DNA of 33,880 nucleotides from Trypethelium eluteriae. Its lineage: Eukaryota. The notes under the pieces are model-generated. The model did not search any database. It was given only the letters and a program-made list of their open reading frames with translations, and was not told the origin of the DNA. Every line of letters starts with the position of its first letter. Position 1 is the stretch's first letter. The stretch lies in contig JAVECL010000239.1 of assembly GCA_051942245.1 (NCBI GenBank), forward strand, positions 1-33,880. The letters are read 5' to 3'. Positions 1-12,595 of the stretch are shown here, piece after piece. The position numbers and the translations under genes are program-made.

Positions 1-240
1 GGCGTGGTTAGATAGCGCTTCTAGAGAGATATAAAAAATTAATTTGCTTGAAGTTGAACTACAGGCTCCACCTTGCCTAAGCAGTAACTAGAATTGCTTC
101 CGAGTTGCACCTGGAAAATTGCTACTCTCCAAATAGAAGTAACTTCCGCACAAGAACTCCTTAGCCCACCACGCGCACTTCCCGGACACTTTCGTCAATT
201 TTTGATCGCGATGCGAAACTCCAACCCATTGTTGCTACAT

Positions 241-1521
241 CTACCGGCGAGACCTTACATCATTCATGTTTGGTAACCCTCTTAGGCTACTTTGATAAGA
301 AAAGTCCGAAACCATGGATACCCTATCCCTTTCTCTCACTTCAGATTCAGATATGTCCGACACTGCATCATCATCTTTTGCTGCATGCGCATCGTCGAAG
401 GGTGACTGTTCAGGATGGCCATGGGCTACCCCAGTGGGGTCGGCGAAAGGAGACTCTACGTCTGCCTGTGGTATTTCTGGATCTTCAGCCACGGATTGAC
501 CTGCTATGCTTCGCCGATTCGCTGCGATTCCTGCAGATGTAGGCACCCTCAGTGTACTAGCCCCTGTACTACCGGATCTCGCCGACCGCCCCGAACCCAT
601 GCTCCTGACATAAGGCGGAGGTGCTTCTCCCATGAAGCTTCCTTCAGCACTGTTACGATACGCCGATAGTCCATCATGTATCGACGCTTCAGACGCTGTA
701 TCGATCCCGGTGTAGTACGCGCGGTCGACGACCCCGGACCCAAAATTTTGCTGTGGAGCTGAAAGCATTGGCTGCACAGACTCTGATGTTGCGCGGACGT
801 GCTGCGTAGGGATAACGTAAGCCGGAGATGGGGCTATTGTACTGGTCGTATCATGGCTTTCTGAACGCAATAGCTTCTCACTGTCTTTCTTTGCGATGGC
901 TGTTTCAGCAACCCCCACCGACTGTGACCCAGAGCCGGGCCGGGAATATCCTTTTTGTCTTCTTTTTCGGAGAAAAACGAACACAGCTGCTCCAATCAGT
1001 GCTATGGCAGCAAGAGGGATAATGACGGCTGCTGCAATGGTGGATGTAGGAAGGGAATGTCGGGATAATGTATAAAGAGGTGCAGGTGTGCGAGTAGCCC
1101 CAGAAGTAAAGGTAGGTGTGACATTGTCTGCGGCAGAGGTGGATGCCAGAGATTCAGATGTGGGTAGCAGGGATGGCGTCGACTGTGTTGTAGAGATAAT
1201 CGTTAAAGGGTCAGGATTTGGTGATATTATGGAGGATGCTTGTGGGAGAACAGAGCTTAGTATTGAGGCACTCGCCGGTATGACCGGCAGGCTAGTCGGT
1301 GGCGAAGTTGGTACCAACTTTGTCGTCGTAGTTGAAGAGAGCAGAGGAAATGGATATGGTGTAGTGTTCGAGAGCGATGGTAACGAGGGTCTCGTCTGCT
1401 CTGTCCGACTCAGATCTAAGCTGGTACTTGGAATCTGAGGATGAAGGCTAGAGTAAATTGATACCACTTCGGAAGCATCTGATGGGTACCCATGGTCGTC
1501 AAAGTATGTGCCATAACCCAT
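241..1521 (-). CDS. Ser/Thr/Pro-rich single-pass membrane protein (Mid2/Wsc/mucin-sensor-like topology), ~426 aa
   Basis: Uninterrupted ORF with first true ATG at 1521. S/T/P-rich N-terminal region, TM segment IAAAVIIPLAAIALIGAAVFVFL, basic stop-transfer RKRRQK, and a cytosolic tail with PPPY. No clear signal peptide, so the 5' end is uncertain. A possible 5' leader intron has its donor GTACGG at 1668. Confidence 0.75.
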   Translation of the reverse strand: MGYGTYFDDHGYPSDASEVVSIYSSLHPQIPSTSLDLSRTEQTRPSLPSLSNTTPYPFPLLSSTTTTKLVPTSPPTSLPVIPASASILSSVLPQASSIISPNPDPLTIISTTQSTPSLLPTSESLASTSAADNVTPTFTSGATRTPAPLYTLSRHSLPTSTIAAAVIIPLAAIALIGAAVFVFLRKRRQKGYSRPGSGSQSVGVAETAIAKKDSEKLLRSESHDTTSTIAPSPAYVIPTQHVRATSESVQPMLSAPQQNFGSGVVDRAYYTGIDTASEASIHDGLSAYRNSAEGSFMGEAPPPYVRSMGSGRSARSGSTGASTLRVPTSAGIAANRRSIAGQSVAEDPEIPQADVESPFADPTGVAHGHPEQSPFDDAHAAKDDDAVSDISESEVRERDRVSMVSDFSYQSSLRGLPNMNDVRSRR

Positions 1522-2724
1522 GGTCAAAGATCTGGGCTAGATGTAAGCTACAGACATACAGATCGCATTGAAGGTCGGCTTGTCATTAGTGAACAGAGCA
1601 GTGCGAAGAGATTGGTTGAGGGTCAAGCCAGCCTGATGAGCTCATGGTGGGGCTGAAATACTCCGTACCTCTTGGCTCGATGTTACGAATATAACTGCTT
1701 TGAGCACGCAGATTCCAAAAGTCAGTGACTCATCTTCCCCTTCAAAAACGAAGAAGAGATAGGAGCATGGTGAAAAGGGAGAGAGACAGCCAGCGGAGCT
1801 GATGTTGTTCAACCACATTCAAGGCTTAGCAACGCATCTCTGGGCCACCGGGCTGTGCAACGCTTGTCTCGCACCGATCCGTAGCCAAAAGCTGCAGCAC
1901 GGAAAGCTGAAACATCAGACGAGCTACTCATTGGATGCGTTTCGAACGCCAATCCGAAAGTGTGGGTTTCCGTGGAGCAAGATGATTTGATCTCATTCTC
2001 GTCCACATCTCTGTACGAATGATGATGCGAGCTTTTTATCGGTCAAGGAACGCCTCCACGTTCTTCGGATAGGCCCGCGGGCGAGACTACCTACCGTGAC
2101 GGTGGTGACTACCAACTTGCGAGACGTGCGTCAAGGCACTTTCTGCGGGCCGATGGCCTGGTGACCACCTCTAACTTTAGCATACCTATACTTATAGGCA
2201 GGTGCAGATCTTTACTGGGATGAAACCGTGACCATGAGCGAGTGTTTGTCGACCGACTCTCTCAAATGGCTCCAGAAAGCAAGGTTTCTGCAGTAGGTGG
2301 CTGTTAAAACTTGAACAAACCCGCCTCAGAGAATCCACTAGCCGAAGCTGACAAGGCTGGGCCTGGCCAACACTCTCGCTTCCACTTACGGCCGTGGTAG
2401 GTGCGGACTTGAACTTCACTCTCAGCAGACCTCCGACCAGCAATCCCCGCGAACCAACTCCAATCCTGGACTGACTTGGCCACTCATATTCGAAGACTGA
2501 TATATGCGGTCGATTGCAATAACATGAGCCCGGGAACACTGGTTTATTTTCGGATTTTCCCATTCAGATCATGTTATTCTAAAATAAAACATACGAAGTT
2601 AATGCTACAAGCTTGAGGGTGAAAGGCATCACTGGCGATGCGGCTGCATCAATGAAACCCCATCCCAGCCCGGGACGAAGGTCTGTTGTTCCCTTGGAAA
2701 ATGAGTTGTTTTGAGCCATTTTCA

Positions 2725-5700
2725 TTATGATATGCCTATTGGGTTCTCGATACCTTCTATCTTCGGACCTCCTTCGATCTTATCCACCAGTTCGGCGCTA
2801 ATCTTTAGATTTTCAGACTGGCGCAGATATCTTGCTATTTGCGTTTCGCTCCGATCACGGACAAGACGGCGCAGAGCATTCACCAGAAAGCCAGATATGA
2901 TATCAACGGACCAAGAGTCCGGGACAAGGCTCAAGACCTGCTTCTCGATCAGTCGCGGCACAGAAAAAATCAGTACTCTGGTGGTCTAGAGCATACCCGA
3001 GATATGTCAAACCATCCTCCGAACCTTTCTAACAATTCGGATGTCCGTTCAATCCGATCGCTTAAATCCTCAATAAGCAAAAACTCATCAAATAGATTAT
3101 TGAACAGCACAGCCTGGTCCTCATGACTCGGCAGCACTTCTCCAATCACCTCGCCCGACGCAGGCCGAAAGATACTCGATCCGCCAAGCAAGCAGTAGCT
3201 GATCGCAGTATCAAAATCGCCAAGTCCATGAGTGAGCAGGCGAATGGCCTCTGTATGCCGACCTTGTCGACCATTGAGAATGATCATCTCGGGCACAAGC
3301 TCTTGTCCGTAGGGCTCGAGGCGATTGAGGATGGCGAGGACATCGTACTGAGATGCTGCGCCGTGATGCCCTCCAAGAAGTTGGAGAAGACGGAGGCGAT
3401 TATCCCACCAGTCGGTGCCTAAAGCATTTTCGGTAATGAACTGGCGGTACGTCGGTTTCGGTGGGCGGAGGGCGCGGTAAGTTTCGTATGTCTGCAGTAG
3501 TATTGAGCGTGATTGTTGTGACTCCCCAAGCTCCTCAACTACTGTGTCGAGGTAGTAAGAGATGAGATCATTGGCATATTGCGCGAGCTGGCGGACGTTT
3601 AGTATGCCGAAACCTTGTTGTAAATTCGAAGGATAGGACTCACATTTTTGTCGAAGACAAGATGTTCGAGAAGGTATTTTACAGCACCAGGAGCCTTTTG
3701 CTTGAGAATCTTAATTGCTTCTGCAGGTTCAAATTTGACTCGACTGCTGTCGTCTGCAAAGACCTTGATACCCAAAGCGGGATTGCGATTTGCCAACCAC
3801 GTGCCGTACTCCTCAACCGCACTGACATCTCGGAGGCGACTGAGATAGTTTCGCACTGCTTGTTCGCCATCGACGAAATCGCCTCCAGCATCTGGCTGGC
3901 CCTCTAGAATGCGTTTCCACGTCGCAAGCACCTTCCAGTGATCCTTGCGACTTTGATAGAGCCGGCTCAACACAAATAGACGATTGAATTGCTCTAAAAG
4001 CTCGACACCGCGATCAAAACAGTCAAGCCCTGAATCGACTACACTGTTTAGCTCTAACCGGACTGAGCCTTTAGTGCCCGGTCCCCGAGGACTGACACTA
4101 TCGAGGAGGAGCAGTGTATGGAGCAAGGCCGCATCGACTGTTTTGAATACATGAGTCTCGTCGGGAATGCTACCGAAACCTTTCTTCCGTCTCCAGTGAA
4201 ATAAATAGCGCTTCACTAGAGAAAGTAAATTATCGCCATATGGACCTTGAACATCTAGTCGTATACTGGAGACGTCGTATACTTGGAGAAAGCGTTCCAA
4301 ACATTGCTTCAGGCCGCCAGAAATCCAGATTCCTTGTATTCCTTGTTCGACTTCATCCCTGAGCTTTGGCAGTAAGGCTATCACTATACGTGGATCGATT
4401 TCTCCGGCAATAAGAGACTGTTCAGCGAGGTGTTTGTCGTGCTCGAACACGATGATGCCTGCGGCCGTTCGACTCAATAGGTCCGTAAAAAGGAGTAGTG
4501 AAGCTTTCTGGCGAATGTAGTTGAGGCTCAAGAATTCAAGTTCGGTGTGAAACTCGTAACCCTCGATGTCCTTGAGAACAGCCTCTACAGCCTTCCGCAT
4601 GCCGTCATCCCTGCCGATTTGTTGCGCCTCGCGAGCTAGTTCGAGCCGTGAATCAAGCCGAGTGATGAGCGAATTACGAACGGTCCACCAGATCTGGTTG
4701 CCGGACCAGGTAACGATTTGACTTTCGGTGCTAGTCAAACGGTCGGCGAAACTAGCCTCTTCTCTCTCACGATCTGAAACCTGTCGCTTCTGCAGTTCCT
4801 GGACTTCGGATTCTCCGGAATTGGTTTGTTTGATGGCAAGAGAAAGGCTGACTTGTTGCAATCTCAGCTTTTCGCAAATATCTGCGAAATGAAGTTGAGT
4901 CTTTGCGATGGTTTTGCGAATTCCCACATGTCCGTGGGAGTTTTTCTGTGATAGAGGTAATGACGTGATTTGCTTGGAGTCACCAGTTTCACTGGGATCC
5001 AAGTCCCATCGTTGAATTTCGATGACGTTCTCAGATGCATCATCTTTTGTGGACCTTACGACGGCAAGAACAAAGCCTTCCTCTTGGGACTCTCCAGGTT
5101 TCAAGGAAGCTGATGGATCTACTCCATGACCATCGATGACTATGGCTTGCGGATATTGGGAGAACTCTATCGTGCCTCGCACGACGTCGCCATCCAGGTT
5201 TACGAATATACCCATGCCTGGGTCAGATGATGACGTGCCTGTCGTAAGAAGGAACTCTGTTGAGGAAGTAGATACAACATGTGGTTTGAGCTGTTCTATT
5301 TGCTGCAAAGACCGAGATGTGCTCTGTTCGTCTGGTGTAGCTGGCAAAGGTTTGTCCGGGGTCGCGGCTCTTGGAGCTGGGCTGATCGCGCGCTCCGGAG
5401 ACAACGCTCCTGATTGCCCTGAAAGAGGCCTGCCTACAGCTTCCGAGGGTTCGAGGGTGTTTCGTAACGGAGTAGATGGCATCACGGCAGATTGTTGCTG
5501 TTGCCCTGACCCGCTGCTAAATGTTCCGAGACTAGTACTACGTTCATGACTGCTCCTGTCTCCACTGCGGCCTACTACACGAGGTAGGACACCGACTAGC
5601 GAGGAGCTCCGCACTGGTCGCTGCAACGTAGGTGCAGATATGTCTTCCGTAGCGCCACCAACGCGGGCAGAAGCATCTTTGTCAACGGATGAAATTGGGA

Positions 5701-6423
5701 AGAGGGGGACTTTTTGTTGCTGAACAACATCGAGCAATGAGTACGAATGTGTATCCGCAACACAGGCAAAATTATCTCGTCGCGCAGTGGCAAGACATCC
5801 TCCAAATTGGATGTCTCGGATTACACGGACTTCCTCTTCGCCAACACGAATGAGCCTGATTCGCGCTTTCAAGCACACCATGATGATGGAACCATTCTCA
5901 GGCTCGGCAGCTTCCAGGTCAATGTTCTGGTCAACCCCGCCAACCCACGAACAACTCCCTAATCTTCGATTGTTGAAAGCAGGGCTGAGTTCTGGCAAAG
6001 TATAGAATGTTAGGCTGCCGTTGCAAAGAATGCATGCTTTGCTCACAGCAGGCAGCAAGAGAATCTGCTCGATACCTGGCCCTGTATTTTGGGAAGTCGC
6101 AGGCTGCAGTCTAGAAGCCAAAATGAAGCCTGGCTCTCCAAATGATTCTGACGGGTCAGGCGGAATGCGCACGAAGTGTAGTAGCTCTCCAGACGAAGTG
6201 CCAATGTAGAGATTATCATCTTCGAAAGCATTAATTATAATGAGTGATCTCGAGGAACTAGACTTTACGTACTCCAGATCTCAACACAGGTAATCCAAAC
6301 GTCAGTGGTTTCTCCATCCTCTGAGATGGGCACGTCTTGGACTAGCTCTTGAAATATGTAGCTGCCACCTAGGCGCTCGAGGTCTTCCCGATCCGCATCA
6401 TGCAGACCGCCGTCTTGGTCCAT
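2725..6423 (-). CDS. CNH-domain Vps3/TGFBRAP1 (Vps39/Vam6 family) endosomal tethering subunit, ~1176 aa, 4 exons
   Basis: Exons 6423-6273, 6219-3644, 3587-2997 and 2937-2725. Introns 6220-6272 (GTACGT..AAG), 3588-3643 (GTGAGT..CAG) and 2938-2996 (GTATGC..CAG) preserve the frame. N-terminal ITCVEIWNDNLYIGTS and GMGIFVNLDGDVVRG are CNH beta-propeller motifs. C-terminal clathrin-repeat-like region GRHTEAIRLLTHGLGDFDTAISYC and VLSLVPDSWSV. Confidence 0.88.
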
Positions 6424-6673
6424 GGTATTTCTCGCCACTTCGAAATCATCCTGAGCTGCAGTTCTGTTGAGACCGTAGATGGTCTGGTACGAAGATGTGG
6501 TGGTATTTGCGATGGTGCTCGATGTACCTAGTAGGGCTGGGTTCCGCGCCTCGGGAGACTTGCCCGTCTGGGCTCCGTATGTGCTATCCCTCGCCCTACT
6601 GTGTACCTACATACTAAGTGCGTCCACCTCTCAGGACCAATGAGGAGTTCTGTGAGCATACAGATTGCTCGAA
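6424..6673. promoter_or_regulatory. Compact bidirectional promoter region between Vps3-like and Coy1 genes
   Basis: The divergent start codons at 6423 (-) and 6674 (+) are only 250 bp apart. Confidence 0.6.
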
Positions 6674-9100
6674 ATGGCTGAATTAGCATCGCATGGGGCT
6701 CAAGAAAGTTCTCAGGAGGCTACGAGGAGTACTGAAACGCCGGCAGACGCTGATACAGATTTGCTGCTGAAGACACCTGTCCCGGAGCAAGAGAACAAAT
6801 TCCAGAAGGCAATAGCAGCATGGCGAAGTAAGATCTAGACTTCCGGACAGATAGTGGCCTTTACTCACTTGAAGCAGACGTCGATCTTACGAGTCTCGTG
6901 CCAATACTCGATCAAACGGCTTCCGAACTAGTGGATAACCAAAAGGATAGCTTAGTTCAACGAAAAGATCTTGCGCAGAAAACCAAGGACTTCAGAAAGC
7001 TCGATGATGCCGAGAAGCTACAAGAGATTAAGGGCCTTCTCAAAGGTGAGCTAAACTTGAGTGTAGCTAAAGCTATTCTAACCCCTAGCAGCATACCAGT
7101 CATACATCGATCTTGTTTCGAACCAGTCCAAGGCTACCTCATCAGCATTCTTCCAGGCATATACACCATTGTCAGAGGCACCTGACCCATACCCGTTGCT
7201 CGAAGCTTCTGTCGATTCCCTTGTTACCGCCGAAGAGATTGTACCGAAACTTGAAGATGAGAATAAGCAGTTACATGCTCAGGTTCAGAGGCTCACTATC
7301 CAATTGGAGGAGTCGGAAAACCGACTGGATCGGGAGCGTGAGGCACGACAGCAATCCGATGAGAATGTAGAGGAGAAGCTCAAAGAGGTTGAAGCGTCGT
7401 ATACGGCCGTTCTGGAAGAGAAGCAAAACAATTGGGAGGCACGAGAACGAAGTCTGGAGGACAGAGTCGAGAATCAAGATCGCTTACTCAAGGAATTAAA
7501 GGCCAATTACGAAGTCTCTCAGAGGCTAGAACACGGTGACGAGGGAGCTCAAGATGCAAGCAGGAGCAGCGCAACCGCAGCTGAGCTTGAGATCGTAAGC
7601 TCGGAGCTGGATAGAACGAACCAAAGACTGGCAGAGGTTGAGGCGAGAAATGAACAATTACGGTTAGAGCTCGCACAATCAACGTCACAGCAAAGTTCAC
7701 AACAAAGTGGCCCCATTGAAGATAATCCAGCTTTCCTACGACTTCAATCGGAGAACTCATCGTTACTCCGCAAACTTGACTCGGCCAAACTGGAGAAAGA
7801 GTCAGACAGAGGAAAATCGGAAACAAACGTGAGGGCTATAGAAAGAGAATTATCTTCCATCAAGACTGAGCGTTCTACCTTGAAAGAGAAGGTCCAGAAA
7901 ATGTCTGACTACGAAGAAATCAAGCAGGAGCTTGAAATGCTCAAATCCATCGAATTTGCCACGGGTGATAATGATGATGATACCCAAGCTGACGATTCAA
8001 CCCTGGCTCAGCCTAATGGGACTACGGCAAAATCAAACAACGACAACCTTGAACAATTACTTCATGCACGGAATCGAAAACTCAATAACGACCTCACGAT
8101 TCTTAGAGTATCCCATCAAGATCTCCAATCCCGCCTTTCGACTTTGCAAGAAGAGCTCTCGAACGCAAACATGGAGCTTGAGCAATCTCGCAGTCTAAAT
8201 GCAACACTGGAGATGGATCTTCAGAAAGTGCAGCAGGAGGCTTCGAACACCTTTGCATCTGATACGTTGTCTGTCGCAGGAACATACAAGTCGAAATACC
8301 AGGCGTCATCCATGCGTCGTTCTGGGAGCCGTGGCTCGCCCACATCTTCGATCATTTCCGGTTTCGACCCTCGCGCCGGCGGACCCTCGCCGTCAAGCAC
8401 CCTGGAGGCGATAAGAGCGGGCGAGCCGGTAGGCGGTGGCTCTGGTATCCTGCCTATGGTTGCCGCTCAACGGGATCGCTTTAAGAAACGCAATTCTGAG
8501 CTAGAGTCCGAGCTTCAAAAGACCTACCAGACGGTTTCGTCTCTGCGCTCCGAAATTGCGAGCCTGCAAAAGGATAATCTAAATTTATATGAGAAGACAC
8601 GATACGTGTCGACCTACAACAGAAACCAGCCGAGCGCGAGTTCGAGCAGTACGTACACGAGCAACACGAATCCAAGCACGATACGAGTGGAAGGAGGTAC
8701 AGGATCTGGATTGGCCCTCGATCGATATCGCAGCCAGTACGAGCATAGTATTTCACCTTTTGCTGCATTTCGAGGCCGAGAGTCCGCTCGAGCATTCAAG
8801 CGGATGACCCTACCAGAAAGAGTGGTGTTCCAGATAACGAGACTGGTCACGGCCACGCGGACAAGCAGGAACCTGTTTGCAGCTTATTGCCTCGGTCTTC
8901 ATTTGTTGGTCTTGTTCTGCTTGTACTGGATGGGCACTACCGATATCGAGCAGCATTCGACGAGTCTGAGTGGTGCTGCTGCGATGGCGGGAGCAGGGGG
9001 TGCAGCGGCTGCACATGGAGGGGGAGGTGCAGGAGCCGGATTGAGCGGTGTTGGTGGAAAAGACTGGCAACCTGAAGGTTTCAATGAACGAGGGAGATAG
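6674..9100 (+). CDS. COY1: Golgin CASP/Coy1 (coiled-coil Golgi protein with C-terminal TM anchor), ~776 aa, 3 exons
   Basis: Exons 6674-6827, 6878-7045 and 7092-9100, with introns 6828-6877 and 7046-7091. N-terminal KFQKAIAAWRNVDL..QRKDLAQKTKDFRK..LLKAYQSYID, long coiled coil, CASP C-terminal domain ILPMVAAQRDRFKKRNSELE..DNLNLYEKTRY, and TM AAYCLGLHLLV with the conserved Tyr and His. Confidence 0.93.
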
Positions 9101-10471
9101 GCAGAGATTGCCGTCAGCCAAATTTGGGAACTTTGGTACATCCTAATCAAACTACCTCCTACCTAATACGGACTTATCCAACCATTGACGACCATGTAGC
9201 AAGATAGACTTTCATGACGACTGTAACATTCTTGAAGCGAGAAGGCGAAACACGAGCTTGGAGAGGTCTACGTGGGATGGGCTATACCCCGACTGTCCAT
9301 TGGGAAGGCTCCTAGATTCTGTTTCGCTCGGTTTTGGAGTCCGAACCGTCTGGACAGGCGCTGCCGCCTTCTATCGAATCGAAGCCTGCCACGCTGGCCC
9401 TGGCTTACTGCTGTCCAAAGTTGCAGCTTATACATTGACCAGACTTCGAAAAATGCAAGAGGGTGGCAGGATGGCAGATTAGCACTCTATTCCGATCGAT
9501 CATCTGCCACTCTTGCTGAGATGGTTGGCGCGAGAATAATGTCTGCTGTCAATCTGTTGTGATAGCATCCTCTTCGCGTTTGATTGGTCATTGATGTAGC
9601 CTGTTTGCTTAATTCTGCACTTGTGGTAATCTTCGTTGCATCGAATCATTGACAAAACCTGTTTGGCCTGATGGATGGTGCGTGACACACACACACTCAC
9701 TCGGCCTGCTTAGAATAATTCGCGCTCTTCTGAGCTGATCTGGAGACGCGGGAAAAAGGCAGCATCCTTATTGGCTTTCCAGCAGGCTGGTCTTTCCTTA
9801 CCGACGACAGCGGGAGATAGACAGTGCCAAGAAACGGATTCATCGGTTGCGAACCAGACAGGGCCTGCCTCCAAGCGCTGGGGACCCACTCATTGGCCAA
9901 GCGAGCTGCTGCATCTTGGGCGACAAAATTAAGGGTCTATCTTTGGAACGTTCATCAATGTCCCAATTTGGCTCATTTATGGCAGTTTTTAAAAATAGCA
10001 AGGGTACTAGCCGCTACCAAGTCTCTCCAGTTTCGTCAATCTTGGCATTTCTTTTAGACTCAGGCTGACAACAACTTAAGAACATCATTTGAGATAACAA
10101 TGTTTCTCGAACGCCATTCAACTTGAAGCCTACCTGATCTGGATTTCTAGAAGTCGTCTCGGCTTCCGTGGGCAGTGCAAAACGGTCGAGGAAGGCACGG
10201 AAGGCACGAGGGTCCTTCCCTACCCCGACCAGGCTAACGGAAGGCTGCCGATCTTTGACGCTTTAGTGTCTTGGCACGACTGGGGACGCGACGCCACGAC
10301 CGCTAGCTTCCGTCGCTATCTTTGGAAAAGATATATGATTGGCAGCTGTCATCTCCAACGGCTTGACCCTTGTCCAATCCATTTCTTCTAGTTCCCGGGG
10401 AGCGCTTACAGTACCAAAATACTCTGGTCGGCCTGTCCGCCAGAGGCTGGAACGGCTGGGGAGCCACTATG

Positions 10472-10478
10472 TATAAAG
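10472..10478 (+). promoter_or_regulatory. TATA box of DUF3455 gene
   Basis: TATAAAG followed by a pyrimidine-rich leader, 224 bp upstream of the ATG at 10696. Confidence 0.5.
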
Positions 10479-10695
10479 AAGTCTCCCACGCATGCCTAAG
10501 GTGGGCTTTGGTCTCTCTTCATCAGCCTCTTTTCATCCCATCCAATTAGGCATCTTTTGGCTCTGGCTGCTCGGAGGAGGATACTTAATACATTGTTAAT
10601 TTTGCTGGATCCGACAGGCTGAGCTTTTCGCGTTTGCTTTTCGCCTGGACTGCTTGCTTTGACCTTTCAATATCCTCTTCGCGTTCCCAGTCAGC

Positions 10696-11553
10696 ATGTT
10701 TGCCATATTAACTTGCCTCTGGCTGGCTCTTCTCTCCACTACCTTCGCACTGCCTGTGCTTGAGACGCGCAATGCGGAACCCGAAGAGCCTTCCTCAACC
10801 GTCTCCTTCTCGGACTTCTTGGCATCCCTCCATCGAAGAGGAGGCCCCAGCCCACCAAGCCCACCTGGCTTGTCAAACTTCATCGGCCCAAATTCTTGTA
10901 ACATCGCTAAGCTTCAAAACAGCATGCCTACTGGTACGTTCAACCAAGGGCATAGTTGATTGCATAAAGTTGACATCTTTGCAGCACCCACACCTCTTCC
11001 TTCTGTTGACTCCGGCCTCCAAATCTCCCACGTTGCCGTTGGCCGCGGTGTCCAAATCTACAACTGCAGCGACCCTTCATCAACCCCTACCAACGTCGGT
11101 GCCAAAGCCTCCCTCTTCAACGTCACCTGCCTAGCCAGCTCTGACCTGGAATTCGTTACATGGATGACATACGCTGCGCTATACTACTCCGTCCCATCCG
11201 ACTCCGACCCTAACAGTATGATCAACCAAGATCTATCCGGGCATCATTACTTCCTCGATCCAACCACCCCATTCTTCAACATGGACACTACTGCTCACCA
11301 GTACGGAAACGGCGCCTTCAAAAAGAACTCAACGAGCAACGCGCCGAAGACCCAAGGTCCCATGCCTCTTCCCAGTAATCAGACGGGAAGCGTAGCCTGG
11401 CTGAAGCTCACGGAGAAGAACCCCGGTGATGGACAAGTATTCCAAGAAGTCTATCGACTGAACACCGTGGGTGGTGCGGCACCCGCGACGTGTCAAGGAC
11501 AACCACAGAGTTTCGAGGTGCAGTATGCAGCACAATACTGGCTGTTCACATGA
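10696..11553 (+). CDS. Secreted DUF3455-family protein (often mislabelled 'malate dehydrogenase'), ~268 aa, 2 exons
   Basis: Exons 10696-10933 and 10985-11553, intron 10934-10984 (GTACGT..TTGAC..CAG). Signal peptide MFAILTCLWLALLSTTFA and likely Kex2 site HRR. Family motifs HVAVGRGVQIYNC, SGHHYF, VAWLKL, VYRLNTVGGAAPATC and VQYAAQYW. Confidence 0.88.
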
Positions 11554-12595
11554 GAGCCGAAGCAGGGCCTTTTCAGTCGGTATGAGGAACGATGATCGGC
11601 TCACAAAATTCATGATCAGGAGTTGGGAATGAATACTAAAGGATACACCTTCTAGTCTACGTGTCTGGCGATAGAGCCAAGACCTTTTTATTTCTCTGTC
11701 ACTATTTTCGTGGAGTGACCATAGCATTCCCCGGCGTTCCTGGTGGGCACGGGCGGCGTGCTTGGTGTATATAGATACCTCTACCTTACAACAATCATTG
11801 AAGACACTTAACTTGCTTTCCTTGACAAGACCTATGTGGGTTCCATATAAGAGTGCACCTGGGACAGCAGAGTTCTCAAGAGGCCACCAAGATCCATTTA
11901 AATTACCAATTAAGCCGAAATCTTAACCTTTTTGACTGTGGAGGCTCCCTTTTAAAAAAAAAGAAAAAGCGCTTCAATTGGGTTTACAAGGACTGAACAG
12001 AAGGTGCAAGAAGAAAAACAGTCAAATAAAATATGAACTAGTGTCATAATTCTATGTCCGCTTCGGTACGAGCTAGGAGCCCTGCACGGAGGACTCCGTA
12101 CAAGTAGAAATTTCGGCCCCTGTAATAGCTTCAAGCCTGACCTCATTTTCATCAACGAGTTCCCACCCACACTCGGCATTAAAGTTGTGTTGATTATCGA
12201 ACTCATCCTACGCACAACTACGCACAAGAGGTATTCAGGGACAATATTATGCGCACCTGCGCCTCAAACGCCATGGCGTCATCACGGCTCAGCCATATAC
12301 GAACGCGTCGTGCGAGCCGCCATCTTCCGCAACGGACCGACTCGACAGCGAGATTGAAGCAATATAAGCCCTTGACGCCAGTCCAAGTGTTGCTCTTTCC
12401 CTACTTCTCATCTTCCATCTCCAACACGTGTTATATTGCATCTTCCAACATTACCCTCTGTGTCTAGTCTTTCATTCCTAAGATCTCTATTGACGATCCC
12501 TAATCTAAAAGCAAGCTCCCCAACGAACCTTGTCTTTCTTAAACATCCTTTTTCCCTCTGACAACTTCCTCGACAAAACTACAGTCCGCTCGACG

